A model generated the notes under the pieces. The model was not told the origin of the DNA. It ran no database searches and was given only the letters and a program-made list of their open reading frames with translations. A stretch of 64,000 bases of DNA, taken from Entomortierella parvispora E1425 (Eukaryota > Fungi > Mortierellomycota). Numbering within the stretch: the first letter of the stretch is position 1; the number at the start of each line of letters is the position of its first letter. A program made the translations under genes and the position numbers. Location of the stretch: positions 1,054,001 to 1,118,000 of the forward strand of contig BQFW01000012.1 in the NCBI GenBank assembly GCA_020891255.1, given 5' to 3'. Below, in pieces: positions 1 to 12,847 of this stretch.

Positions 1-714
1 AAGAGGCAAGATGAAACAGAGGCTGACCTCCATCTCGGTAAACGGTCCAACGGTGAGATTAGGGACATCATACATCAAAGAGAGGTTCAAGCCATGGACA
101 TCGATTTCCTCCGCAGTAAAGTTGTCCGTATTCCTGACTCAAACGCTCCAAACAAGTGCCGGTACTCAGTCTTTTCGTTCACGAACGATGGAGCCAGCTT
201 TGAAGTCTCTGTCAATGATAAGAACATGATCATGGCATGTTCTTGCCCATATTTCATCCGGTGGCGACGAGTTTGCAAACATATTCTCGCCGTTTCGATG
301 GTGGACCGTCACATTCACATGCCTCCTGGGTACAGTTTCCATTTCTCAAGCAAGAGCTCCAATTCTTATGTCAGTACCAATACTCCGGCTGTTGTCCCCG
401 CAGAGGCTGCTGTGAGTCCAGAAGCTGTTGATCTTGATCTCGAAGGACAATTGGACCACCAGCAGGATGAGCCGGACGAGCAGGACCAGCAGGACCAGCA
501 GGACCAGCAGGACCAGCAGGACCAGCACCAGGCCGAGATTCAAAACCGATTGAACTTGGAGGTAAACTCCGTGCATGACTCAGTCAAATCATATATTCGT
601 TCAGCCAAGTGCACACCGGAGATGCTTTCTACAATGAAGAAAGCACTGGAGATAGCTCAGGGACTAGAAACGCCAATCGACACTCGATGGAATTCCACCC
701 GTAATCGGCAATAA
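1..714 (+). CDS. SWIM zinc-finger protein, 5'-truncated by the window edge; probably the C-terminal part of a MULE/Mutator-type transposase
   Basis: Frame is open from base 1 to TAA at 712-714. SWIM motif CSCPYFIRWRRVCKH (CxC-x-CxH) is followed by an acidic/Gln tail. No DDE domain lies inside the window, so the transposase call is inference. Confidence 0.6.
   Translation, partial: KRQDETEADLHLGKRSNGEIRDIIHQREVQAMDIDFLRSKVVRIPDSNAPNKCRYSVFSFTNDGASFEVSVNDKNMIMACSCPYFIRWRRVCKHILAVSMVDRHIHMPPGYSFHFSSKSSNSYVSTNTPAVVPAEAAVSPEAVDLDLEGQLDHQQDEPDEQDQQDQQDQQDQQDQHQAEIQNRLNLEVNSVHDSVKSYIRSAKCTPEMLSTMKKALEIAQGLETPIDTRWNSTRNRQ
481..525 (+). repeat. (CAGGACCAG)x5 coding minisatellite (QDQ repeats)
   Basis: Five exact 9-nt copies inside the SWIM ORF. 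Confidence 0.95.
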
Positions 715-1148
715 GCAGAGACATGTCAATTGGGATGCTCTGTTAATGACTGAGCGCCTGCAGCAAATACACAAATGGACAGAATAATGAATAAATATGT
801 TTTGTGGCCTTGTAAGATTTCTAAGAGAGGAGTTGGGAAGAATGTGGTGGAGACAGGCCACACACTCACACACTGGCGTGGGAAGGATGTGGGAAGTGGT
901 GTTGCGGGACTCGTGTTGCGTTGCGTGGTGTGTGGTGTAACCCAAAAAAAAAAAAAAAAAAAAAAAGAACCGCTGTCCCCCTGAAGGAAGAGTGAGTGGA
1001 TGTGACATCTATGTAATCACCATGGAGTTTCTGTCGTTTGTCGTCGAAATGTCGAGATGTCGGCAACTTATCAACTTATCAACTTGACCTTGTCCAAAAA
1101 CGTCGTCTGCAACTTTGTTGCAGGACTGGTCACAGGTAGAATAGGTCT

Positions 1149-1181
<33 letters not shown>

Positions 1182-1879
1182 AAAGATGGCTGCTGCCTGT
1201 GTTAGTGTCTAGCCGTTTCACGGGTAGAAGTGTTTCTTTATTCTGGGAAAATCAATGATAAAAGTCAATGCCCTCATGAAGCCTCATGTAGAGTAAGAAA
1301 GGGAAGAACACGCCAGGCGCACGCACTAGCGCGCAATTGAATAAAGACGGGAACCATGAGGGAATGGCCTGTGAGTAGAAGCTTTATACATTGAGGAATT
1401 TCTCCTTGTGTATGTGTCTATGCTCCCGCAACCCGCTCCTGTGTTATCCTACAGTCATGACAACACTGGTTGTCATCAGTGAACCACCAGAGCTCGACAA
1501 CTCGACATCATTCATTAATAGCCCGTTGTATCCATGCTTCAAAAGATGTCAACTCGCTTCATTGGTGTCCATTTGCGACAAACGAAGCAGGAAACTGATC
1601 TTCAATGCCTTTGCTACAAGTCTCGTTAAGAGGAACAAAGACAAAAAGAAAAGGCAGTGTACCCTGCCTTCACATGGAGATCAAACATGTCGTTTGACAA
1701 TTTGAGAACTAGCAAAATGCGTCAGGAATATTTGTTTGTCAATTGTGATCGTAGTTTTTATCCGTTTCTAACGAAAATTATATGAGCATGTGTGCGGTAG
1801 TGTGCTCTGCAAATGTCAAATAATAAGTGCTATCAGGGCTCGTCATCCAAGGGTACTTCACATAGGAAGAACTAGCCAG

Positions 1880-2433
1880 ATGCACCTTGGAAGCCCCTTG
1901 GACACCAACCTACGGGCGGAGCGCAATCCGATTGGTCTGCGTATGTGCCCCCCGCCATTTTCAGTCACTCTGGCGGAACTAAGCAGACTCAAAGGGCTCC
2001 TGGAAATTAATAGTCATCATCCTTCAGCCAAGATTCAGATCAATCTCATTTTGAGCCCAAGTTCAACACCTGCTGATTTCACTGCCGCTGCAAGCTCGCC
2101 TGCTAGCTCCACGTCATTGAATCATCCTGGACATGCCTGCTTGCCATTTGACCTCTCGTCGTCCCAGGGTGCCGTCAACAATGTGAATGCTACCATTCAG
2201 GTCATCTATAAGGGAGAGTCCAATGTTCAGATGTTGTACTTGTCACAACTGCACCAGAATTTGATCAATCAAAGTGCCTGAATGACTATGGTGGCTCATC
2301 CTCAAGCTCTGGCACTCCGCCCGCTCCCGCCAGTTCTGGCGCCGTCTCTACACCAATCATGGGCACAGCGCTGACAGCTTCGTGGTCATGCAACGCGAAT
2401 AAAAAATTCTCGTTTTCTTATACCCTCTCTTAA
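1880..2433 (+). pseudogene. Degenerate GPI-anchored BIM1-like (copper acquisition factor-like) gene
   Basis: One frame gives LKGLLEINSHHPSAKIQINL...HACLPFDLS...NATIQVIYKG. After a shift at about 2219 a second frame gives QCSDVVL followed by a Ser/Gly/Pro-rich tail. This resembles the BIM1-like domain pattern (SHHP...CLP..NATIQV...QC.DV.L). No clean signal peptide or GPI tail is visible. Confidence 0.4.
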
Positions 2434-2561
2434 CGAATGAGAAAGACATGTATGATTTAAGAGAGGTTTGACTGTATTTGCACGGGTCCAGCTGACTGCA
2501 CGCATCGCAGCATTTATGTCCTCATCCTTTTCCTATCTACACCATTGCCTGACCCATACAC

Positions 2562-5500
2562 ATGAACCAAGAGTCGCCCGAAAGAGATGTCAGTGAAGAC
2601 CCAACATCCCTTCGCACTAATGACATAGCCAATTTGGATGATGTTCAACCAGAGAATCAACCATCATCTGCATCCCTGCCACCTTCATTAACATCAGGGA
2701 CAACCCACCCCGAGAGTGCGAATAATGGAGCTCTCGCAGGACACAGCGCGCGCACCGCGCGCTTTAAAGTCAGGGACAGACCTGTACAGCTCATTAGGAA
2801 CATGCACGCCAACTATTTCAACCGACCACAGCAGCCCTTGGATAGCGAATGTAAAAACGACTCGCGCACACTGGAAACACTTACGCAGATTAGACATAGT
2901 GCTTTTGCCTATGGTGCGACTATCTCCATCGTAGGGTGTGCGCTTTTTTTAGCACTTGAACAGGAATGCGGCTACTCTAAGAAGAGCTGCGGAGCCATGG
3001 GGCTGTTGATTCGGATTGCCTATCTGTGCGTCTTTGCTGCCGCATGCTCAGTTCAGTGGTTACGACGGATACCTTTCTTCAGCGGTGAAGTGGGCCAAAC
3101 CTCAGGCAAACGCAGGACTAACATCGAGACCCAAAGCATGGATCTTAGGGAAAGCGTTGAGTCATCAGCATCCCCATCGGCGGCACTCAATTCCCCCAAC
3201 CCACCTGCAAAGGTGCCGCCATTAGTGATGTCCAAGTTCTTAGACACACCCCTCTCATATTGGATCCTGGGCTACGGTTTGCTTGGTCTCTATAACTTGA
3301 CACCAGTCCTCGATATCTCAAGACAGGCATCCTCACATATTTTGGACCCGCTCTTGGCTCTTTCCACATTATCCCCTTTGATGATTGGGTCTCTCAATTT
3401 ACTCTTGGATTACATTACGAATGCCGTCGTTCTAGACGTGAGCCGCCATAATGTAGAGAAAGAGGAGCTATTGAATCGACACGCGACGACACTGGACGCC
3501 TTCAGAGACGAGAACCTCTTAAAAAAAAACATTCTCTTGGAAACTGTAGGAAAGGAAGTACAGGATGCTGCCACGCTTGCTATTGAAACACTGCGCCAGA
3601 TGACCCCCACCAGTTTATTTCCACCGAGTGTTTCCCGCGAACAGCTGAGCCCTTGCACCTTGCCTATCCCTATTACTACACTCCTGGGATTCTTCACCAC
3701 CATGCGCCATCTTCAGTACATCTCCAGAAATATGCAGCGTCTCTCAAGAGTTATGTTCACAGAGTATGTGCAGGGTATTGTCGAGAAAACCTCGCCCCAT
3801 TACCACCGTGGAGAAAACAAATTCGATGTAGGGGAGTTCGTACAGAGTCTAGGAGATCTAGTCTCGGCGGATGCCTCTCTCAAAGGCGTCGAGTTTGTTA
3901 TCTATCATTCTGAATACGACATGAACCATGTACCTATCAAAGGAAGCGAAGAATCATGGCGTCACGCTCTGATCAATGTAAGTTCACTGCCAATATACTA
4001 ATTTGCCTTCATTCTCTTGCCATATATTGATCCATCTGTTTACTCCTGTCCTATTCACGAATCTAGTTAATCAAAAGCATTATCGACTCTGCGAAATCTG
4101 GTTCGACGGTCGAACTTTGTCTCGCCATATTCGCATTGCCGCAAACGGAAATAGACAAAGACAAAGTTGTAGTAAGCTTTGAGATTACTTATCGACCAAA
4201 TCGCTTCTCGACTTCAACTGAAGATGATCTCGCCCAATTAAATGCTCTACTGGCATCTAAGCTAGTGCGAGCTATGGGCGGAGAGCTGGAGATTGAACAG
4301 TTAGAGGACAGAGGAAGGAGATTCATCGTGTCTGTTGAGGTAGAAATGAGTCACTCTTCCTCAGAAGAAAAATCTGGAATTCAGCAGAGAACTATGGAGG
4401 AGCAACATCGAGCTGTCCACCCTTTGGATGCGACAAAGGCCGAAGGATTCTCAGACACTCTTCAAGGACAAGACACCCTTCAGCGTATTGAGAATATGCA
4501 AACATCTCATCCAGTACACGAGTCTCAGCAATTTTTTCAGCATCACATCAGGACACCTATGATTGCTGCTTCGCCGTCGCCCTCTTCACCTCCACCTAAA
4601 CGCATTGGCGCGGGAATTTCTACAAATTCAAAGGTATCTGCAGAGCCAACCGTGTCTGAGCTGATTAAGTTTAGTCGCAAGCTCTCGGGACTCAAGGTCA
4701 GCTTGCTGGCAAAGGAACATTCGGCGTTTGCTGTTCGACTCTCAGGATATTTGAAGGTATGGGGCATTCAGTATTCACGGAAAACCATTCAGGAAGAAGG
4801 TGGATCGTCGATGGAGGCAGAAGACTTGGATGGTGCTCCGTCAGATGAGCATCAAACGCCAGGGGGTGCCAAACGTTCAGGTTCGTCTGCCTCATTAAAC
4901 AGCAAAGTACAGACTGGATCTCAGAGCAAGGAAACCATTTCACCTGCAAAATCCTCAGGCAGTCCAGCCTTTATTATGATTGACGACGATATCAAAACTC
5001 TCAGTCAACAAATAATGAAACTCCAGCATTCGAATCAACCGTCAACTCCAGGGAACCTCAGGCGATCAACTCACCGACGACATAAATCGATATCGTCTAT
5101 TCAACATACAAGCATCATCTACTTCACAAGCTTACCCACATTCAAGCAAGCGAGGGATACAATCATGTTTATCCTTGGAACTCAGATGCCAGGCGTCATG
5201 TATAGTATCTCGCACACAATGTCTGGCGGAGCACCTCCTCACGGCCCACTACCCTATATTCTTGTCCTTCCGAAGCCAGTTGGCCCTCGTCGAGTCCTCA
5301 CGGCTATACACACAGCGATAAATGTACCTGTCCTGGATCAGTCTTACAGTCCGATCGCGACTGCTCCGACTTCGCCAGCACCACTGATACGGCATTTTAG
5401 TGAGGAAATCAACCCGCTCGATCGAGATCAGATTGTATATGATCCTGTATCACTCCAAGCTTTTGCTCGTGCTGTGCCAAACTCATCGCAGAGCTCACCT

Positions 5501-7489
5501 GGTGGCGTCAGTCCAAATAATACTGTGCCGCAAGACCAAAGACAAGGGCGCGAAATGATGCGGCAGCTTATTGATGCCGGAAAAAACTCGGGATCCATTG
5601 CGTATCCTTTTGACCTGTCCAAGGAGATCTTGTCACCGGAAACCCCTGGATCCACCCATACAATTGGCTCCCCTACTGGTATTCTGATCAGTGGATCTGG
5701 CAATCAGATTGCTGGCATTGAGTTTGATCCCACTGCTCGACCCTCCGGAACTCTCTCGCCATCACTAGCAGGCCCTAATAACCGTCGTATCTCAAATGGC
5801 AGCACTAGTCGCCTTTTGAACAGTGACGGTGTTGTTATCCTCCCTCCCAACGCAGGTCCCGGGACCCATCAATCATTCACACTGACACAACCCTATCGGC
5901 CATTTGATGGTCAAGGGCCGTCAGCTATCCCTGCAGGCTTTGCTCGAATGGCTGGCCAATATTCACGAACAGGTGGTACTCGATCTCCTCTTGGCACACC
6001 ACCAACAATCCCTCCATCCAACGGCATTGACTTTTCACCTCCGACTGTCCGTCATACTGTCGTAACCTCACCTTTGCCTCAGCGAGCCGAGCCTTCAATG
6101 ATGCGCGGCAATAGCGGCAGTAGCAGCTTAAAGAGCAGCTCAATCGGTAGTCTTAACAGCAACAAGAACGTGGAGAGTCCAAAAGGTGTGCACCCGACCT
6201 TACCCCATGGCTCAATACCTCTGTCTTCAACTCTACCAGTGTCACCAGGATCATTAGTGCGCTTGAGTCCGAGCGGCGTTACCGGTGTTCCAACCACACA
6301 TGTTGCATCTCCTCAGCCTTCAAATTCGATTGAAATTGGCCGTTCAAGAAGTGGGAATGCGGCATCGAAGAAATCCAGTACGGATTCTAAATCAGTCCCG
6401 TCTCTTATTAAGAGCGGAGTGGTAGAAAGAGTGAGCCCCCTTGTGAATGTTCTTATCGTTGAAGGTAATGATGGTCTTTATGATGATGATGATGATGATG
6501 ATGAGGTGATGATTGCTGCTGTTGCGTTGCTGAAGTTTTCTAAATACAATTTCTTCTGCCTTCCTAGATAACAAGATTAATCAAACTATCTTGGTCAAAT
6601 TCATGAAGCAACGCAAGATCAAATACGAGGTCGCATGCAATGGTCGTGAAGCGGTGGACAAATGGCGGGTGGGAGGATTTCACTTGGTTTTGGTAAGATC
6701 CGCAGTATTTGCGTATTTAATTATATTAATTTATTGACGTAGACATGTCCGCCTAACAGCCACCTCTCTTTTTCAAAGATGGATATCCAAATGCCTGTTA
6801 TGGATGGTATTCAGGCGACCCGAGAGATCCGTCGCTTGGAGAAATCTCAAAAAATTGGCGTCTTTCCTACTGACAAACCCAGCTCGAGATCCTCAGAAGG
6901 CGCTTTGGACCAGTCAGCTAGCTTGTTGTCTCCAAAATCCTCGTCAGCAGCTCTTTCAAGTCCTCCTGCCTCACCGTTCCGATCACCAGTGATTATTGTT
7001 GCGTTGACGGCCACTGAGGACACTGAGGAGTCTAGAAACACAGCTCTGTTGGCAGGCTGCAACGACTACATAACGAAGCCTATAGGCTTTGCATGGTTAG
7101 AGCGAAAGATTGTCGATTGGGGATGTATGCAAGCCTTGATTGACGTCGATGCCTGGAAAGAATGGAAGAAGGGTCTTGATGGCACCAGTCCAGGAAACAA
7201 TATTTCATCACTTCGTCCGCTTGGAGGCGGGGATCAATCCACCGCGCTTACAAAGGCAGTATCGAATATCGGTGTCATGTCAGGATCCAGCTTAAAGCGG
7301 CCGTCTATCAGCGCCCGGTCTATCAAGGGCAATAAGGCTGCGGCCGCTGCCGCTGTGGCAGCAAACAAAAGCCTCATGGCGGCAAATGCAGCTGCAGCTT
7401 TAGCAGCTTCGGCGGTATCATCTGCTAATCCGAGCGATGGTTCCTCTTCAACGTCATCTCCTGTCCCTCCCGCTGTAGCTACGAAATAA
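2562..7489 (+). CDS. SSK1: SSK1-type response regulator: N-terminal hydrophobic helices, degenerate histidine-kinase-like region, C-terminal receiver domain (4 exons)
   Basis: Exons about 2562-3977, 4067-6464, 6568-6692 and 6779-7489 with GT..AG introns. Receiver motifs VLIVEDNKINQ, GFHLVL|MDIQMP, IIVALTA and YITKP are intact. Kinase-like region has VRAMGGELEIE but no H-box His. Confidence 0.85.
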
Positions 7490-7860
7490 TATGAACTAAA
7501 GTTGTCAGAAGCAATCCTTTTTTTTAAAAAAAAATAAAATGTGGGGCGGGCAGAAAAAAAACGGGCGGAGGCGGAAACAAAAAATAAACTTTAGTGGAGG
7601 CTACATGTCCCCGGACACAGAGTGCCTGCTCGTGGGTGGTTTTGTTGGGCACACTTGTATTCGTTGTTCCTACTCTACCCTCGATCCTACTTCACCCATG
7701 GGCTATGGGTGGTACTTTTTTGTTAACCCACTTTTACAGTCCACTTGTGCAAGACTTTCTTATCAAAACCAACCTAATGCGCCCGCCTCCCTACTCTCAA
7801 CGAGTATAAATTAGAGACTTTTCCCCTACTATCAACATCTTCAGTGTGCTCCTTCCTTCA

Positions 7861-9745
7861 ATGCCCCCCATTTCAATCTTCCCTGCTCCTGAGAAAGCTG
7901 CTATCTCAGCAAAGTCCATTGTATCTGACACATATTTGTCTCTTGATGGCATCTCTGAAGTCACCTACCAACCTGTTCCCATTGAGGAGTTGGATTCAGC
8001 ATTCGGAGGTTATGTTGGTAAGTTGATACAACACTGCCACCCTTGAAGTATTATCGTACGTATCTAATATCCTTACTTGATGCTTTAGATCTTGCTGCAA
8101 AGACCCAAGGCGGACGGGTTTTAGCGGTGTCGGACGAATGGCTTGTGATTAAGCTTGGATATCCTAGCAGTATCGTAGGTTTTGAGGTTGACACGTCGTC
8201 GGCAAGTAGTCAACCGCCCTTAGTTTCTGTCGAGGGGCTGATCGAGCCAGCCACTTCTGGAGACAGATCTACTATCGAAAAGCGATGCGAACGCGAAGGA
8301 GTGTTTGACAGATCTCATCACCCCACCTCTGCTGAGGATTGGGCGGGTCAACCTTGGGCCAGTCTTCTACGCGAGGTTGGTTTGAGCCCAAGCTCGCGCC
8401 AAGGGTTCAAGCTCAAGAAATCGAGTTCAGTGAGCTTTACTCACATCAGATTTCGGCGGAGCCTTGAAGGGAAATTGTCTTGCCTGAGAGTCTATGGGAG
8501 TGCTCGACAATCGTTCCCGGAAGACAGGCATGAGGTGTTTGACCTGGTATCGATGGCCGCTGGATCGACAGTAACTGGTTACTCGAATGGCCATTTTGGT
8601 CACCCTTCTAACCTGTTGCTCCCAGGTCGGGGGCAGGATACATCAGATGGTTGGGGGACAAATATGTCAAGTGCTGAGGACGATGTTGTCTGGTGCCAGA
8701 TTAAGTAAGACGATATGAAAAAAAGAGGGAATAGTGACTAGCAGCCTGACTCACGTAGCTTTTTTGATTTATTTTATTTAGCTTGGGTGCTGCTGGTCAT
8801 CCAACTTTAATTGAAGTTGATACGGCCCACTACAAGAGCACCAGCGCCAAGATGGTGACAGTGCACGGTTTTGCAGCGTTGGACACTCTTCAAGAGAGTC
8901 CTATCGTTCTTTTAGCAGACGCCACTCTCAAGCCTCACATCCAGAATTTTTTCCGAATTCCTCCCGAAGTAAGCGCAGGTTCTCCAATCTGTTCGTTGAA
9001 GGTGACACTACTTTCTGGTGGTGGTGTTCAACGGGTGCGCGTTTTCGGCTCCCGTTCCTGGCCAGCCGCCATGATCCAAGAAGACTCTCCCATCGGTAGA
9101 CGCCAAATGCTTGAAGACGAGCACACATGGAATTCGAAGACTCTTTTAGCCGAACCTATCACCTCGGAGGCATTCGCTCCTTGGGGTCAAGTAATCGCAA
9201 TCCCCAACAATGATTCAAACTCGATCCTGATTAATCAAGGCACTGCTCAAAAATTCTCGAACGTCGGAGAGTTTGTGAACTGGCGATCTTATGCGGCAGA
9301 AAACCACTCAGCACTTCCAGATCGCTCGAACCCCGCTATTCCTGCGGCCAAAGCAAATATTGCGGTCCTTCACTGTAACTCGCCCCTGACGACGAGCAAA
9401 ATAGACGTCAAGATGCTCGAACGCCACCCGCATAGCTCACAAATGTTTGTGCCCCTGGGAAGTGACGACAATGCTGGTTATGTGGTAGTTGTTGCAATGG
9501 ACAACGCGGATGGCAGCCCTGATGCCACTACACTCAAAGTATTTACAGTCAAGAACTGCCAAGGAATCAACTACAAACCTAACGTGTGGCATCATCCCAT
9601 GGTTATCACCGGCAAGCCCATGACGTTTCTGACTATCACGCACGAGTCAGGGGTTGCCAAGGACGACTGCGAAGTGCATTGGTTTAACAAGGAGATAGAC
9701 AAAGACAAAGATTTCGAAACGATTACTGTGAGCTTGTTGGCTTGA
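7861..9745 (+). CDS. Allantoicase-like (two repeats, degenerate) fused to a C-terminal ureidoglycolate lyase
   Basis: Exons 7861-8017, 8089-8704 and 8782-9745. Allantoicase-like motifs DLA...GGRVLAVSDEW, VIKLG..IVGFEVDT, SNGHFGHPSNLLLPGRG..DGW and IEVDTAHY. UGL motifs AEPIT.EAFAPWGQVI, LERHPHSSQMFVP and GINYKPNVWHHPM. Confidence 0.8.
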
Positions 9746-9867
9746 AGTGTTTCATTTATTCTTTTTTTTTCTTCTTTTCTTAACAAAAAAAAAATAAAAA
9801 TAAAAAGCGGGCTGACTTGAGTCCCTCGTCCAACATATAAGGGTCCTTGCGCATATCCTAAACCTCC

Positions 9868-12730
9868 CTAGATTCTGCTTCCCTTCAACTTCTTGTCCTT
9901 AAGCTCCTTGAGCTTGGGGATAACCTCATCTAGAGGGCGAACCTGTCCCTTGGCCTTGCTGTCAACATCGTCACGGCTACGAACATTAACAGAGTTGGAG
10001 GCCTCCTCCTCGGCACCAACGACAAAGATGAAGTTGAACTGCGCAATTTCGGCGTTACGGATTTTCTTGTTCAGAGTCGAATCTGAAGTATCGACATCAA
10101 CAAAAAATCCAGCAGCGTGGAGCTCCTTCTGGACCTTCTCAGCATAGGGGATGAGAGCGGCAGCCACAGGAATCACCTGGACCTGACGAGGGGACAACCA
10201 GAAATCCCATCGACCAGCACAGGACTCTGTAAGAATGGCAATCATGCGCTCCAATGAACCCAACATAGCGCGGTGAATAATGATGGGGCGAGAGAAGTCG
10301 GAGGCCTCACCACCACTGTTACGGTACTCAAGACCGAAACGTTCGGGCAGCTGGAAGTCCAGTTGAATGGTGGCGCATTGATGGCTGCGACGCAAGCTGT
10401 CGCGGATCAAAATGTCAATCTTAGGTCCGTAGAAAGCACCATCCTCGGGGTTAATGGTCCAGGGACGTCCGAAGCGGTTAAGTGCATCAGTGAGGTGCTA
10501 GAATAATTAACACGCAGTTGTTAATAATTGGGCCAATAGGCAATATCTTGAATGTCTTCATTAGAAAGCAGCATACCTTCTCAGCAGTGTCCCAATCAGA
10601 AATAGCCCCAAGGAACTTTTCAGGGCGAGTAGAGAGCGCCAAACTAAACTCAAATCCAAAGATTCCATAGACATACTGCAAAAAGTCAAGGGTGGCGTCC
10701 ATTTCAGTTCCAAGCTGGTCAAGTCTGCAGAACAAATGAGCATCATCCTGCTGGAAGCGACGCACACGGGTCAAACCACTCAAAGCGCCAGAGGCCTCAT
10801 TACGATGAAGGACTCCAAAATCAGCAAAGCGAAGGGGCAATTCGCGGTACGAGCGTTCACGGACACCGAACATCAGACAGTGTCCAGGACAGTTCATAGG
10901 CTTGAGGGCAAAGGTATCTTTTTCAACATCGAAGGAGAACATGTTCTCCTGGTAGTTCTGCCAATGGCCCGACGTATGCCATAACTTGACGTTGTACATG
11001 TTGGGAGACATAACCTCAGTGTATCCACGCTTGTGATATTCTCCTTTGATGAAGTCCATAAGCGTGTTGTAGATGCGTGCACCGTGAGGAAGGAAAAAGC
11101 AAGAGCCAGGAGAAAGTTCGTGGAAGAAGAACAGCTCTTGCTCCTTTCCAATCTTGCGGTGATCACGCTTAGCAGCCTCTTCAAGAAACTTCTTGTGCTC
11201 TGTCATCTGCTTAGTGTCAGGGAAAGACACACCGTAAATTCGCTGAAGTGAGTCGTTCTTTGAGTCGCCCAAGAAGTAAGAGGCAGAGTTCTTCATGACA
11301 GCAAAGGCTTTGATTCTGCCAGTATGAGGGATGTGGGGTCCACGGCACAAATCAATTAAAGGTCCACACCGGTAAACAGTAGTCGACGTTCCGTCAGGGA
11401 TCTTGGACTGGATAAGGTGAACCTTGTATTGGTTGTGCTACATACAGGTGACATAAGATGTTAGCAACATTACATATGGCCCCCTGGCAGTAACCAGATC
11501 CATCGACGTATCGTACCTTGAACATCTCCAAGAGTTCCTCCTTCCTCATTTCCAGACGGACAAACTCCTGCTTCTCCTTAATGGCGTTCTTGGCGCAGGT
11601 CTCGAGGTTAGCGTAATCACCTTGGGAGACGAGGCTGATATGAAAAGGGTCCAGGTTAGGGGTGTCATTGATATGTGAGGATGGCGCCATCCGCTCAAAG
11701 TATTCCAGGTACAAATTCTTACCGCTCGTCTTTCATGGCCATCTCGTAATAGAAACCATCCTCAATTGGTGGTCCGATACAAAGGTGGCATCCATAGTGC
11801 TTCTCGCATGCTTCACCCAAAACGTGGGCAGAAGAATGCCAGAAAACGGCCTTGCCCTCCTCATTCTCAAAATCTAACAATTCGAGTTTGCACGATGCTT
11901 CGAGAGGTCTCTCCAGATCCCAAAGCACTTTATCGACCTACAAAAAATAGCAATAATTGTCAAGGGCGATAAGAACAAACTGTCAGTGCCTCCGAAACAT
12001 TTGATGATATAGATAAGCTGTAGTGAGATATCAATACGACAGGGCATAGAGGCTCACCTTAGCGATGACAACACGCTCTGAAAGACTTTTGGCGATGGAC
12101 TTCGCAATATCCATAGGCGAAGTCTCCCAGGAGGTTCCTTCGCGAACAGAGCCATCGGGCATGGTGATGGAGATGGGTACACGAGGCTTGGCTACAGAAG
12201 GAGGCACAACGCGACCGTGGCCAAGGAATTAATATACGCAGTTTGGAAACACCATATTTCCATCATCCCATGGTAGGAGTATTATGTACCAGCAGCGACC
12301 TCGTCAGCCTTTTTCTTGAGCTCATCAAACATGGCGATACGGTGGGCGACATATTCAGGAGTGGGAGAAACCTGCAAAGAGAATGAACAAAGAAACATGA
12401 ATTGAGAATGAATAAAGAATTTAGAATTAACATAACTGCCAAGCTGAGTCCCGCATGTAATGATCATCAAGCAAATTCGCCTCGCAATTCAATCAATTGG
12501 CAGTTTAGCCTGGACATTGACTGCATTGTACTGCACAGCTGCGAATCATCGTCCAAATGGGGGGGAGCAAGGTGGTGAAGTACCTCGAGAGGGTAAGATC
12601 CTTCCGCAGCGGGCTTCTTAGTCTTCTTCTCCTTGGGTTTTCCCTGGGGCTTCTCTGCAGCAGGTGCAGTGGCGGCGGATGCAGGGGTGTTCAAGGTCAA
12701 GTCCTCGACCTTTTTCTCAATGTCAGCCAT
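9868..12730 (-). CDS. THS1: Cytosolic threonyl-tRNA synthetase (multi-exon)
   Basis: Motifs [59 protein letters not shown] and [13 protein letters not shown]. Confidence 0.97.
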
Positions 12731-12847
12731 GATGGATATCGGTTGATTTGATGGATTGACGTGCAGGCGTTTTTTTTTTATTTTGTTGAAAAAAGCACGT
12801 GATTATCTCGAGCTTGGCAGTTGGCCAAGCCACTGTGCCTGACCAGA

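Noticed and set aside
740-970. CA-rich minus-strand leader-like region with a possible GTGAGT...CAG intron pointing antisense into the SWIM ORF
   Set aside because: No downstream ORF or other support; compatible with low-complexity intergenic DNA.
1391-1705. 104-aa ORF
   Set aside because: No recognisable motif, TTG start, no splice partner found.
6481-6504. (GAT)n run read as poly-Asp in the ORF track
   Set aside because: Lies inside SSK1 intron 6465-6567; a simple microsatellite.
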